Assembly (NCBI GenBank): GCA_963776385.1 | Contig: CAVZME010000011.1 | Location: forward strand, 351,806 to 415,805 | Direction of reading: 5' to 3' | Source of the DNA: an uncultured Chloroflexia bacterium | GTDB lineage: Bacteria; Chloroflexota; Limnocylindria; Limnocylindrales; CSP1-4 | DNA length: 64,000 nucleotides | Shown here: piece after piece, positions 21,052 to 29,983 of the stretch | How the letters are laid out: the number at the start of each line of letters is the position of its first letter | Numbering within the stretch: position 1 is the first letter of the stretch | Notes under the pieces: model-generated | What the model saw: the letters and a program-made list of their open reading frames with translations, nothing else | Told to the model about the DNA's origin: nothing | Database searches by the model: none | Translations under genes and position numbers: made by a program

Positions 21052-22758
21052 CAGGAGACCTTTCCGGCGTTCTGGAGGAGCTGCTCGACGATCGGGCCCA
21101 GCGCGAGCGCCGGGAAGAACGTCAGCGCGCCGACGATGATGACGACGCCGATCAGCAGGACTACGAACAGCGGCCCCGTGGTCGGGAAGGTGCCGAGCGA
21201 CGGCGCGACGCTGCGCTTGGCGGCCATCGAGCCGGCGAGCGCGAGGATCGGGCACGATCATCCCGTACCGGCCGATGAGCATCGCGAAGCCGCCGGTGAT
21301 GTTGTAGAAGGGCGTGTTGCCGGTCAGGCCCGGCGAAGGCCGAGCCGTTGTTGCCGGTCTGGCTCAGAAGGCGTACAGGATCTCGCTGAAGCCGTGCGGG
21401 CCGGGATTGAGCGGCCCGGCGATGCCCTCGGGCAGGACGCTCGCGATCGCCGTGAACCCGAGGATGCTGGCGCCCAGGACCAGGGCGACGAGCATCGCCA
21501 TCTTGATCTCGAACGATTCGACCTTCTTGCCGAGGTACTCCGGCGTCCGGCCGACCATCAGGCCGGCGATGAACACAGCCAGGATCGCCCCGATGACGAG
21601 CATCCCGTACATGCCGGCACCGATGCCGCCCGGGGTGATCTCACCGAGTTCCATGTTGAACAGCGGGACGAGACCGGCGATCGGCTGGAAGCTGTCGTGC
21701 CACGAGTTGATGGCGCCGGTACTCGTGCCGGTCGTGACCGCCCCGAACAGGCCGCCCAAGGCGGAGCCGAATCGAACGTCCTTGCCTTCCATGTTGCCGG
21801 CGGCCTGGTCGACCGCGGCCGGGAAGAGTGGGTTGCCGTTGTACTCGTGGTTCATCGCGACGACCGAGCCGACGAGCAGGACGGCGGACATCGCGGCGAA
21901 GATCACCCAGCCCTGACGCTGGTTCCCGGCGTAGCGCCCGAAGGCATAGGTCAGCGAGAACGGGGCGATCAGGATCGCGAACATCTCGAGCCAGTTGGTG
22001 AGCGGCGTCGGGTTCTCGAATGGATGCGAGGAATTCGCATTGAGGAACCCGCCGCCGTTGTTGCCCAGCTCCTTGATCCACTCCTGGGAGGCGATCGGGC
22101 CGTAGGCGATGGTCTGCTGGACACCCTCAAGGGTGGTCACGGTGTGGGCCGTCCATGTCTGGGGCACGCCCTGCCAGACGAGGACCATGGCGCCGACGAT
22201 CGAGATCGGCAGCAGGATGTACAGCACGCCGCGGGTCAGATCGACCCAGTAGTTGCCGATCGTCTTGGAGCTGCGTCGGGTCAGGCCCCGGATCAGGGCG
22301 ATCGCGATGGCGAGGCCGGTGGCGGCCGACGTGAAGTTGCGTACCGCCAGGACGGCGGACTGGGTCAGGTAGGTCGCGCCGGTCTCGCCCGAGTAGTTCT
22401 GCCAATTCGTGTTCGTCTCGAAGCTGACCGACGTGTTGAACGCGAGCTCCGGGGACATGGCCGGGATGGAGGCCTGGTTGAGCGGCAGGATGTCCTGCAG
22501 CCGCAGGACGATGTAGCCCGCCACGATCGCCACGAAGGCCATCGCGAGCACCGCGACGGCGTAGCCCTTCCAACCCATCTCGGCCGTCTCGTCGACGCCG
22601 CAGACGCGATAGATCGCGCGCTCGACCGGGCGCAGGATGGGGCTCAGGATCGTCCGCTCGCCTTCCATCACCTGGTGGATGTATCGCCCCAGCAACGGCG
22701 TGACGAGCACGATCGCCAGCGCCAGCGTGGCGAGCACGAGGAAGTCGTTGGGGGCCAC
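21051..22758 (-). CDS. kdpA: K+-transporting ATPase subunit A (frameshifts near 21365 and 21255)
   Basis: [55 protein letters not shown]. Confidence 0.95.
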
Positions 22759-22760
22759 GA

Positions 22761-22850
22761 TCAGAAGTCCTCAGGACGAAGGAGCGCCCACAGCAGGTAG
22801 ACGAAGACGAAGGCGGCCGTGACGGCGGCCAGCAGCTCGAACGCGTTCAT
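22761..22850 (-). CDS. kdpF: KdpF small subunit (29 aa)
   Basis: MNAFELLAAVTAAFVFVYLLWALLRPEDF*, with the typical YL..AL.RPE.F motif, directly upstream of kdpA. Confidence 0.92.
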   Translation of the reverse strand: MNAFELLAAVTAAFVFVYLLWALLRPEDF

Positions 22851-22936
22851 CGCCCGACCCGCTCGCAGAGGAGCACGTAACCGGAGAGGGCCACGATGCA
22901 GGCGAGCGCGATCAAGGCGATCTGGATGTCGGTCAT
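22847..22936 (-). CDS. Additional 29-aa membrane peptide upstream of kdpF
   Basis: MTDIQIALIALACIVALSGYVLLCERVGR*. SD GAGGA upstream; ATGA-coupled on both sides. Confidence 0.75.
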   Translation of the reverse strand: MTDIQIALIALACIVALSGYVLLCERVGR

Positions 22937-23325
22937 GATTCCTCTTCCTTGGCCTCCGATGAGAGCAGGCGATCGAGCGTTGCGCCGAGGGTGTCCAACG
23001 CGAATGGTTTGGGCAGGTAGCCGGCCGCGCCGAACTCGCGCAACCTGGCCGGGCTCACGGACATCGCGCTGGCGACGACGACAGGAGGTCGCCCGGCGGC
23101 GGCGAATTCGTCACTGCGCAGGACGGACCAGCCGGTCTCGCCGGGCAGGTTGATGTCGAGCAGCACGATGTCCGGCCGGGAGCGCCCGCCCAGGTGTTCG
23201 ATCGCGGCTTCCGCCGACGGCGCGACCGTGACCCGGTAGCCCCGCGCCCGAAGGTGCGCCGACAGCAGACCGGCGAGCGGGTCGTCATCCTCGACGAGGA
23301 GCACGTGCGGAGCACCGTCGCTCAT
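22933..23325 (-). CDS. Single-domain response regulator (receiver only)
   Basis: VLLVEDD, IVLLDINLPG (phospho-Asp), VVASA, YLPKPF. Confidence 0.9.
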   Translation of the reverse strand: MSDGAPHVLLVEDDDPLAGLLSAHLRARGYRVTVAPSAEAAIEHLGGRSRPDIVLLDINLPGETGWSVLRSDEFAAAGRPPVVVASAMSVSPARLREFGAAGYLPKPFALDTLGATLDRLLSSEAKEEES

Positions 23326-23579
23326 GGCGTCGGCTCGATGCGGCGGACACGCACCTCCGCGGTCTCCTCGCCCGGGCCCCATATCGGCTCCAGGACGACC
23401 CCCAGCTCCACGGCTCGAGGGCGCACGATCTCGATGACGGCATCAGCCAGTCGAAGGCCGCCGACCATCGTCGATGGCGCACCGCCACTTGCGACGAGGT
23501 TCACCGCGGACATCACGATGTCGACCTCGCGATCGATGCTGCGCTGGATGTCTGCGGTCAGGGATTCAGGATCGTTCAC
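23322..23579 (-). CDS. Hypothetical 85-aa protein
   Basis: GTG start with GGAG SD; ATGA-coupled to the receiver gene. Confidence 0.6.
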   Translation of the reverse strand: MNDPESLTADIQRSIDREVDIVMSAVNLVASGGAPSTMVGGLRLADAVIEIVRPRAVELGVVLEPIWGPGEETAEVRVRRIEPTP

Positions 23580-23648
23580 GTCTCCACAGTGGCAAGGGGT
23601 CCCAAGAGGGAACGGGGCCTGCCGCCGTGAGTGCCGCTCAAGGAACGC

Positions 23649-24359
23649 TCAGAGAAGCGCGATCCGATAACCAACGCCAGGCTCGGCGACGATCAGGCCG
23701 GCGAGCATCCCGGTTTCGTCCGCGGCCTCGAGCTTGCGACGGATCTGGCTCACATACACATGGACGTAGTGCGCCTCGTTGCTGTAGGCGGTTCCCCACA
23801 CGGCCCGCAGCAGGCGACCGTAGGTCACCAGTCGTCCCGCATGCATGACGAGGACCTTCAACACCTCGAACTCCCGTTGCGTCAGATGGACGGGTCGCTC
23901 GCCGACGGCCACGACACGCCGGGCGACATCGAGCGTCAGGTCGCCGATCCGAACGATGCCGCCGGCATCGGCGGCCGGGCCGGCCGCGCGCCTCAACAGG
24001 GCATCGATCCGGGCCCGAAGCTCGGCCATCCCGAACGGCTTCGTGACATAGTCGTCGGCACCGGAATCGAGGGCCGTGACCTTGTCCGCCTCCTGATCGC
24101 GCGCTGACACGACGAGGATGGGCGTGGTCGCGTCCGCGCGGATCCGGCGGATCACGGTGATGCCGTCTCGATCGGGAAGGCCCAGGTCGAGGACGACCAC
24201 GTCGGGGCGGCCGGCGCCCCAGGCAAGGAGAGCCGACCCAGCGTCTGCGGCCTCGATGACGTCATGGCCGTGTCCGCGGAGGAATGTCGCGATCGCCTCA
24301 CGCGTGGCGACGTCATCTTCGACCAGCAGGACAGACGCCGCGTCGTGGAGTTCGATCAT
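23649..24359 (-). CDS. kdpE: OmpR-family response regulator KdpE
   Basis: LLVEDD, VVLDLGLPDRDG, ALDSGADDYVTKPFG, wHTH with VYVSQIRRKLE and EPGVGYR; position in the kdp locus. Confidence 0.88.
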   Translation of the reverse strand: MIELHDAASVLLVEDDVATREAIATFLRGHGHDVIEAADAGSALLAWGAGRPDVVVLDLGLPDRDGITVIRRIRADATTPILVVSARDQEADKVTALDSGADDYVTKPFGMAELRARIDALLRRAAGPAADAGGIVRIGDLTLDVARRVVAVGERPVHLTQREFEVLKVLVMHAGRLVTYGRLLRAVWGTAYSNEAHYVHVYVSQIRRKLEAADETGMLAGLIVAEPGVGYRIALL

Positions 24360-25993
24360 CGGGTCGGCCCGACCGATCCGTCCTCTTCGGCGACATCCTC
24401 AACGGGTGGCGCGATCGGCAGATCGACATCGAGCGCGAGCCCGCCGAGGTCGCTCCTCCTCGCTTCGACTCGGCCCCGCATCGCCTCGACGATCCCGCGG
24501 ACGACCGCGAGGCCTATACCGGTCCCGCGTCGTGAACCCTCGCCGGTTCGCGGGACGCGGTAGAACTTCTCGAACAGCCTTGGCAGGTTCTCTTCAGGGA
24601 CACCTGGGCCCCCATCCTCGATCGTGATCCGGACCCGGTTCCCGTCCGTCACGTGCGACGTGATCCGAACGGGCACGCCGCCGCCGGCGTACTTGGCGGC
24701 GTTGTCCAGGGCATTGGCCAGGACCTGGCCGACGAGGACCTCGTCGGCCACGATCGGAGGGAGATCGGTGGGTACATCAACCACCAGTGGTCGATCACCG
24801 AGCGCCGATCGTGTGCGGTCGAGCGCCGCATCCACCGCGTCGCCCACGGTCATGATGACGAGGTTGGGCCGAAGTTCACCGGCCTCGACGCGGCTCATGT
24901 CGAGGAGGTTCGTGACCAGCCGGTTCAGCCATTCGGCCTCGCGGTCGATCGACGCGGCGATGTCGCGACGTTGCTCAGGTGGCCACTCGATGTCCTTGTC
25001 CATGAGTGTCCCGGCGGCTGCTCGGATCGTCGCAAGTGGCGTGCGCAGGTCGTGCGAGACCGAGTCGAGGAGGGCCGATTTGAGCACATCGCTCCGTCGT
25101 GCGACTTCCGCCGTGGTGGCTTCCCGCCCCAGGCGTTCACGCTCGAGCGAACCGCCGATCTGATCGGCGGCTGCGGAGAGGACACGTCGTTCCCCTTCAT
25201 CGGGGTCGCCCATCGCCCGAGCCCGGATCAGCCAGATCGCGCCCAGCGTCTTGCCGGAGGCGGAGATGGCGACCCGGAATGCGTTGGTCGGTAGCGCCTG
25301 CGAGCCCTTGCTGGCTCGGCCGGGGACGTGGACGCGGACCCACTCGGCAGGCTCATCGCCCGGATTCCGCCGAAGCGTTGCGTACACCGTCGGGTTGGCA
25401 GGGGTCGGTCCGTCAGCCGGCCCACTGTCGGCCGCAACGGTGTCACCGACGACGATCCACACCCGCGACGCGTGCGCTTCCTGGCTGACCATCGTGGCGA
25501 TGGCAGGCAAGGCAGCAGCCATATCCCGTTCGGTCGCGAGCGTGAAGCTGACGCTGAACAGGGCGCGTGCCTCCTGCTCGCCCTCGATCGCCGCCACCGC
25601 ACGATCACGCTCACGCCCGGCGAGGCGACCGACCACGACACCCACGACGAGGAGGAGCACGAGGTTCAGCCACTCGGCCGGGTCGCTCACCGTGAGGGTG
25701 TAGACGGGCTCCACGAAGAGGAAGTCGTACGCGATGAACGAGCCGACGGCGGTGGCGACGGCGGGGCCGGTTCCGCGCCGCACCGCGACCACGACGACAG
25801 CCAGCAGGAAGGCGGGGGCACCGTTGTCGAAGCCCGCGACGTTCTCGAGAACAGCGACGACGACCGCGAGGACACCGACCGCAACGACGACGAAGGCAAG
25901 GTCGCGCCCGTACCGACGCCAGGAGCGAAAGGGAGGTGACCGACCATCGATCGGGTCACCCGGTCGATCGGTCTTCGCAGTGGCGTCGGTCAT
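24356..25993 (-). CDS. kdpD: Sensor histidine kinase, KdpD C-terminal half (DUF4118 TM + GAF-like + HisKA + HATPase)
   Basis: YDFLFVEPVYTLTV TM domain, H-box LLDSVSHDLRTPL, NALDNAAKY, EDGGPG, LFEKFYR, GTGIGL. Confidence 0.9.
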   Translation of the reverse strand: MTDATAKTDRPGDPIDGRSPPFRSWRRYGRDLAFVVVAVGVLAVVVAVLENVAGFDNGAPAFLLAVVVVAVRRGTGPAVATAVGSFIAYDFLFVEPVYTLTVSDPAEWLNLVLLLVVGVVVGRLAGRERDRAVAAIEGEQEARALFSVSFTLATERDMAAALPAIATMVSQEAHASRVWIVVGDTVAADSGPADGPTPANPTVYATLRRNPGDEPAEWVRVHVPGRASKGSQALPTNAFRVAISASGKTLGAIWLIRARAMGDPDEGERRVLSAAADQIGGSLERERLGREATTAEVARRSDVLKSALLDSVSHDLRTPLATIRAAAGTLMDKDIEWPPEQRRDIAASIDREAEWLNRLVTNLLDMSRVEAGELRPNLVIMTVGDAVDAALDRTRSALGDRPLVVDVPTDLPPIVADEVLVGQVLANALDNAAKYAGGGVPVRITSHVTDGNRVRITIEDGGPGVPEENLPRLFEKFYRVPRTGEGSRRGTGIGLAVVRGIVEAMRGRVEARRSDLGGLALDVDLPIAPPVEDVAEEDGSVGPTR

Positions 25994-26667
25994 CCCGGTC
26001 TGCCGCGGACGATCCGTCGCGCATCGCGACTGACCCGCAGGAAACTCGTGAAATGCGCCCACGGCCGGATGTGGCTCGGTTCGCCGGCGTAGATCGTGCG
26101 GATCGGGACGTCAGCCATCGGCAGCCCCAGGGCGATGCACCGGGCGATCATCTCGACCTCGAACTCGAAACCTGATTCGTCGCTGTCGAGGAGGGCCGTC
26201 ATCAGCCGACGACCGATGAGCCGGTAGCCGGACTGGTTGTCCGCCACGCGTCGGCCGACGGCGGCCGAGAAGACCCAGCCGCCGAGGGTGTTCGAGAGCC
26301 GGCGCACCGGCGGCATCGAGCCGAAATCGCGTCGTCCGATGATCAGCTCCGGCCGACCGGCCTCGAACGCGGCCAGGAAGGCCGGGATCTCAGCCGGGTC
26401 GTGCTGGCCGTCGGCGTCGAGGGTCACGACGGCCACCGCGCCGCGCTCCAGCGCGTACCGGAAACCCATCCGGATCGCGGCGCCTTTGCCTGCGTTCGGG
26501 CGCTGACGGAGGACCGTCGCGCCGGCCGCCTCGGCCTGCGCCGCGGTGTCGTCGGTCGAGCCGTCATCGACGACGACGACCTGCAGGTGGGTGCGGGCGC
26601 CGTCGACGACGGCCGCGATACGCGGCCCTTCCTGGTATCCCGGGATCAGCGCGAGGATGGTCTCCAC
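25990..26667 (-). CDS. Glycosyltransferase family 2 (DPM1-like)
   Basis: LIPGYQEG, VVVDDGSTDDT, NAGKGAA, TLDADGQH, DNQSGYR. Confidence 0.92.
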   Translation of the reverse strand: METILALIPGYQEGPRIAAVVDGARTHLQVVVVDDGSTDDTAAQAEAAGATVLRQRPNAGKGAAIRMGFRYALERGAVAVVTLDADGQHDPAEIPAFLAAFEAGRPELIIGRRDFGSMPPVRRLSNTLGGWVFSAAVGRRVADNQSGYRLIGRRLMTALLDSDESGFEFEVEMIARCIALGLPMADVPIRTIYAGEPSHIRPWAHFTSFLRVSRDARRIVRGRPG

Positions 26668-26686
26668 GCGCTGATACGGCGGCCGG

Positions 26687-27934
26687 TTAGCGGCTCGGGT
26701 CGGACCGATCGATCGAGCTGTTCGGCCAGCGCAGCCAGGAACCGGCACCGGTCGTGCGGGGCATGACCACGCGCGCCTCGGCACCGACCGACACCGGCTC
26801 GTCGGAGCCGTCCGAATCACCGGACGAACCCTGGACAGCACCGATGGCGTCTTCGACCTGGTCACCAGGTGCAGCCGGCTCCACGGTCGCCTCGACGCCG
26901 GGCTCCCACGGGGTCGCGGCCGCAGCGACCTGACCCGCCTCAGGGTCCATGACCCCGATGAGCTGGTTCGGGTCGATCGGCGCGTCGGCCACTTGCTCCT
27001 CGGCCGCAGCCACGACGGCCTCGGCTTCCGGCTCAGGCGTCTCGACCGCCTCGGCGACGGGCTCGGGCTCGGGCTCGATGACGGGCTCGAGGACAGGCTC
27101 GGCGATCTCGGCGATCTCGACGGCTTCGACGGCCTCGACGGCCTCGACCGGCTCGGGAGCATCGGCGATCTCGGCCTGCGCCTCGATCTCGATCGGGGCC
27201 TCGATCTCGGTCTCGGTCACCGCTTGGACGGGCTCGTGAGCCTCGATGGGCTCGATCGCAGCAGAGGCTGCGGGGGTGCCGAAGGCGGGCGGCTGGTACG
27301 CCGGCTCTTCGTTGATCGGCGCCTGATAGGCCGCGGTGGCGGCTGCCACTTCCTGCTGCGGGCCGATGTTGTCGAGGTCCGGGAATGGCGGCCGCGTGCC
27401 GGCCTGGCGGGCGATCTCGACCGGATCGGTCTGCGAGCCGAGACGATCGAAGAATCGCTCGGTCTCGATGCGGTAGGACGTGATGGCTGCCTCGACGGCC
27501 TCGACCTCGCTGGCGACCACGAGGCGGTGCTCTTCGAGGCGGACCTGGAGCTGCTCGCGGCGCGAGGCGATGCGGCGCTCCCGCTCGAGCTTGATGCGCT
27601 TGATCTCGCCGTCCGACCAGGCGTCGATGCCCTTGACATCTTCCTTGGCCAGCTCGCGGAGGTCCTCGGCTTCGAGTGCTTCGCGGGCGCGGATCGCGTC
27701 GAGGTGCGCCTGGCGCCGCTGCTCGGTCAGCTCGGCGTCACGCGCCTGCTGCGCGGACGCGGTCGTCCGCATGGCATTGGCCAGGTCATCGAGGAACGAC
27801 ATGTCCTGACCGGTTTCGCTCGCGTCGAAGACGCCGGCGCTGGCGCCGGGATCGTTCCCATTCGAACTGAAGGAGCCGTTCATCGACTCGCCTTCCGGAC
27901 TCGCCGGGTTGACCTCGGACTCATGGTCGGACAT
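26687..27934 (-). CDS. Hypothetical acidic protein: coiled coil followed by an Glu/Ala/Pro-rich disordered region
   Basis: Intact 415-codon ORF. Heptad-like R/E/L/I segment, then EAVEAVEAVEIAEIAEPVLEPVIEPEPEP. Alternative start GTG 27964. Confidence 0.7.
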   Translation of the reverse strand: MSDHESEVNPASPEGESMNGSFSSNGNDPGASAGVFDASETGQDMSFLDDLANAMRTTASAQQARDAELTEQRRQAHLDAIRAREALEAEDLRELAKEDVKGIDAWSDGEIKRIKLERERRIASRREQLQVRLEEHRLVVASEVEAVEAAITSYRIETERFFDRLGSQTDPVEIARQAGTRPPFPDLDNIGPQQEVAAATAAYQAPINEEPAYQPPAFGTPAASAAIEPIEAHEPVQAVTETEIEAPIEIEAQAEIADAPEPVEAVEAVEAVEIAEIAEPVLEPVIEPEPEPVAEAVETPEPEAEAVVAAAEEQVADAPIDPNQLIGVMDPEAGQVAAAATPWEPGVEATVEPAAPGDQVEDAIGAVQGSSGDSDGSDEPVSVGAEARVVMPRTTGAGSWLRWPNSSIDRSDPSR

Positions 27935-28004
27935 CTCGCGCTCCCGCGATCCCTCGAGCGGCACTCAGAACCCTGCACGTCCGTTGTCTGCCGTCGGGCA
28001 GGAG

Positions 28005-28033
28005 ATGGTACGTCGCCTCGGCGCCCTAGGCAA
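28005..28033 (-). promoter_or_regulatory. Sigma70-type promoter TTGCCT-17 nt-TACCAT
   Basis: Minus-strand -35 at 28028-28033 and -10 at 28005-28010, spacer exactly 17 nt, upstream of the acidic protein gene. Confidence 0.65.
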
Positions 28034-28038
28034 TGGGG

Positions 28039-28092
28039 TGTGGCTAAGTCATGTTGCGCATTGTGGATAACTCGGTCGGGGGTGGTGGATAA
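28039..28092 (-). promoter_or_regulatory. Three co-oriented DnaA-box-like 9-mers
   Basis: Plus strand TGTGGCTAA (28039), TGTGGATAA (28062, perfect TTATCCACA on minus), GGTGGATAA (28084); spacing 23 and 22 bp. Confidence 0.6.
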
Positions 28093-28104
28093 CTCGGTTC
28101 GGAG

Positions 28105-28180
28105 TGGCGCCCCCGGCAGGATTCGAACCTGCGACCTTCCGCTTAGAAGGCGGCTGCTCTGTCCGCTGAGCTACGGGGAC
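28105..28180 (-). tRNA. trnR: tRNA-Arg (anticodon TCT)
   Basis: GTCCCCG acceptor stem, AGCTCAG D arm, CT-TCT-AA loop, GGTTCGAATCC T arm, encoded CCA; 76 nt. Confidence 0.95.
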
Positions 28181-28452
28181 CGCGATCGCCTGACGCTCTG
28201 TGACACTCTACGCGACTCGTTTGCGCTCCACCTCAGCGCACCCGGACCAGAACCGACCCGTACCTGCCTCGGAGCGTCGGTGCGTGCTGACACCGGCACG
28301 GTAGGGTGAACCCACGCGTCCTCGCCGAACGGGCGCACGCCCGAGCGCGCCAACACCGCCCGGCCGGTCAGGATTGAACAGATAGGCGTCCTGGATCTGT
28401 CTATCCACCGAACGGTCCACCGAGGGCCGACCACCACGGAACGGAGTGACGG

Positions 28453-29008
28453 GTGGAAGTCGAGCTCGTCGAGCAGGCGCAACGGGGCGACGCGGAAGCG
28501 TTCGACTCGCTGGCACGCCTTGTCGGCGACTCGTGCCTGGCGATCGCGGTGCGGATCCTCCGCGACCTCGACCTGGCTGAGGATGCCGTGCAGGGCGCGT
28601 TGATCACCGCCTGGCGCGAGCTTCGCACGCTTCGCGACCCTTCCCGCTTCGAGCCGTGGCTCCACCGCATCCTCACCAACGCGTGCTACGTCGAGGCCAG
28701 GCGTCGCAAGCGATGGGCCGAGGGCCCGAGGATCCTGCCTGTCGCGGGCGCGAGTCAGCCCGGACGAATACCTGACCGTGGACGACAGAGACCTGCTCGA
28801 ACGAGCCTTCCGGAGGCTCACCGTCGAGCAGCGCGCCGTCCTGGCCTTCCACCACTACCTCGGCCTCTCGATCTCCGAGGTGGCGGATCGACTCGATATC
28901 CCCGTCGGGACCGCGAAGTCCCGCTTGCACCACGCCACGCGGGTGCTCCGAGCCAGCATCGAAGCTGACGCCCGGTCCACCCCGGATTCCCAGGAGCGAC
29001 TGGCATGA
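28453..29008 (+). CDS. ECF RNA polymerase sigma factor (frameshift near 28750)
   Basis: LAEDAVQGALITAW, FEPWLHRILTNAC; second frame LTVEQRAVLAFHHYLGLSISEVADRLDIPVGTAKSRLHHA. Confidence 0.9.
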
Positions 29009-29907
29009 ACGCGCGCCGAGATCCCGATCGCCTGATCCACGCCTTCCTGATGGAGGGCGCGACCGAGCTGGCGGACGACGTCTACGACACCGTTCGTGAC
29101 CACATCGAACACACACGACAGCGGGCCGTCATCGGCCCGTGGAGGGAGCCCGACATGAATCCATACCTCAAGATCGCGCTGGCCGCCGCGGCCGTCGTGA
29201 TCGTCGCCGTCGTCGGCATCCGACAGCTCGGCCCCGGCGTGGGCGGCTCCAGCATCGGCGGACCAGCACCGACCGCGACAACGGGGCCGACGGCCACGCC
29301 GGCCGTGACCCCGACGCCGTCGATCGCACCCGCGCTCGGCGCATTGAGCCCCGGGACGTACCGCATCGGCGACGCGACGCAGACGGCCGTCCCGTTCACC
29401 TTCACGGTGCCGGCGGGTTGGACAGCACGGGCGGACGGGTACGTCTACAAGAACGCCGACCAACCCGACGAGCTTGGCTTCGACACATCTGTCGTGACCC
29501 GCGTTTATGCCGATGCCTGCAAGTCCAAGGGGACTCTCACCGAGGTCGGGCCGAAGGCGGATGACCTGGTTCGCGCGCTCGTCGACCAGGTCGGGTCGAA
29601 GAAGTCGGCACCGGTCGACGCCACGCTCGGCGGTCGCCCTGCCAAGCGAATCGACATCTCGGTCCCGCCGGACCTGGATAGCGCCACGTGTCGAAATCCA
29701 GGTGAGCTGATCCAGATCTGGGCCAATTCGGCGGAGACCGAGTTCTTTGCCATCCCGCTCGTCTACCCCGCGGGCGTGGTGCAGCAGGTCTACACCGCCG
29801 ACGTCAATGGCCGTCGGGCGGTCATCGTCACCGGCACTCCCGCAGCGGCGTCAGCGGCAGACGTGGCCGAGCTGAAGGGCGTCATGGACTCGCTCAGGTT
29901 CGAATAG
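29005..29907 (+). CDS. Putative anti-sigma factor: short cytoplasmic N-terminal domain, TM helix, Pro/Thr linker, extracytoplasmic domain
   Basis: ATGA overlap with the ECF gene; RDPDRLIHAFL...HIEHTRQR, TM IALAAAAVVIVAVVGI, PTATTGPTATP linker. Confidence 0.65.
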   Translation: MNARRDPDRLIHAFLMEGATELADDVYDTVRDHIEHTRQRAVIGPWREPDMNPYLKIALAAAAVVIVAVVGIRQLGPGVGGSSIGGPAPTATTGPTATPAVTPTPSIAPALGALSPGTYRIGDATQTAVPFTFTVPAGWTARADGYVYKNADQPDELGFDTSVVTRVYADACKSKGTLTEVGPKADDLVRALVDQVGSKKSAPVDATLGGRPAKRIDISVPPDLDSATCRNPGELIQIWANSAETEFFAIPLVYPAGVVQQVYTADVNGRRAVIVTGTPAAASAADVAELKGVMDSLRFE

Positions 29908-29983
29908 GCATCGATCCGTCACAGACCCGACGTGCGGGCGGCCAGGACCTGGTCGCCCGCGTCTCGATCATCGGAGCTGCCTC

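Noticed and set aside
18272-22758. Programmed ribosomal frameshifting in kdpABC or other split genes
   Set aside because: Multiple shifts per gene at arbitrary sites with no slippery heptamer pattern; these genes are not known to be recoded.
3600-22800. Long opposite-strand ORFs (e.g. 3600-5174, 13943-15661, 18969-20438, 21136-22800 on plus)
   Set aside because: Shadow ORFs antisense to well-supported genes, expected in high-GC DNA; no motifs.
23580-23648. c-di-AMP (ydaO) riboswitch or KdpE box upstream of the kdp structural unit
   Set aside because: Region is too short and lacks the ydaO consensus; only weak CGTTCC/CCTTG repeats, not convincing.
28401-28430. CCACCG repeats at 12-bp spacing upstream of the second ECF gene as further DnaA boxes
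   Set aside because: Two or more mismatches to TTATCCACA in GC-rich context; could be chance or a different operator.
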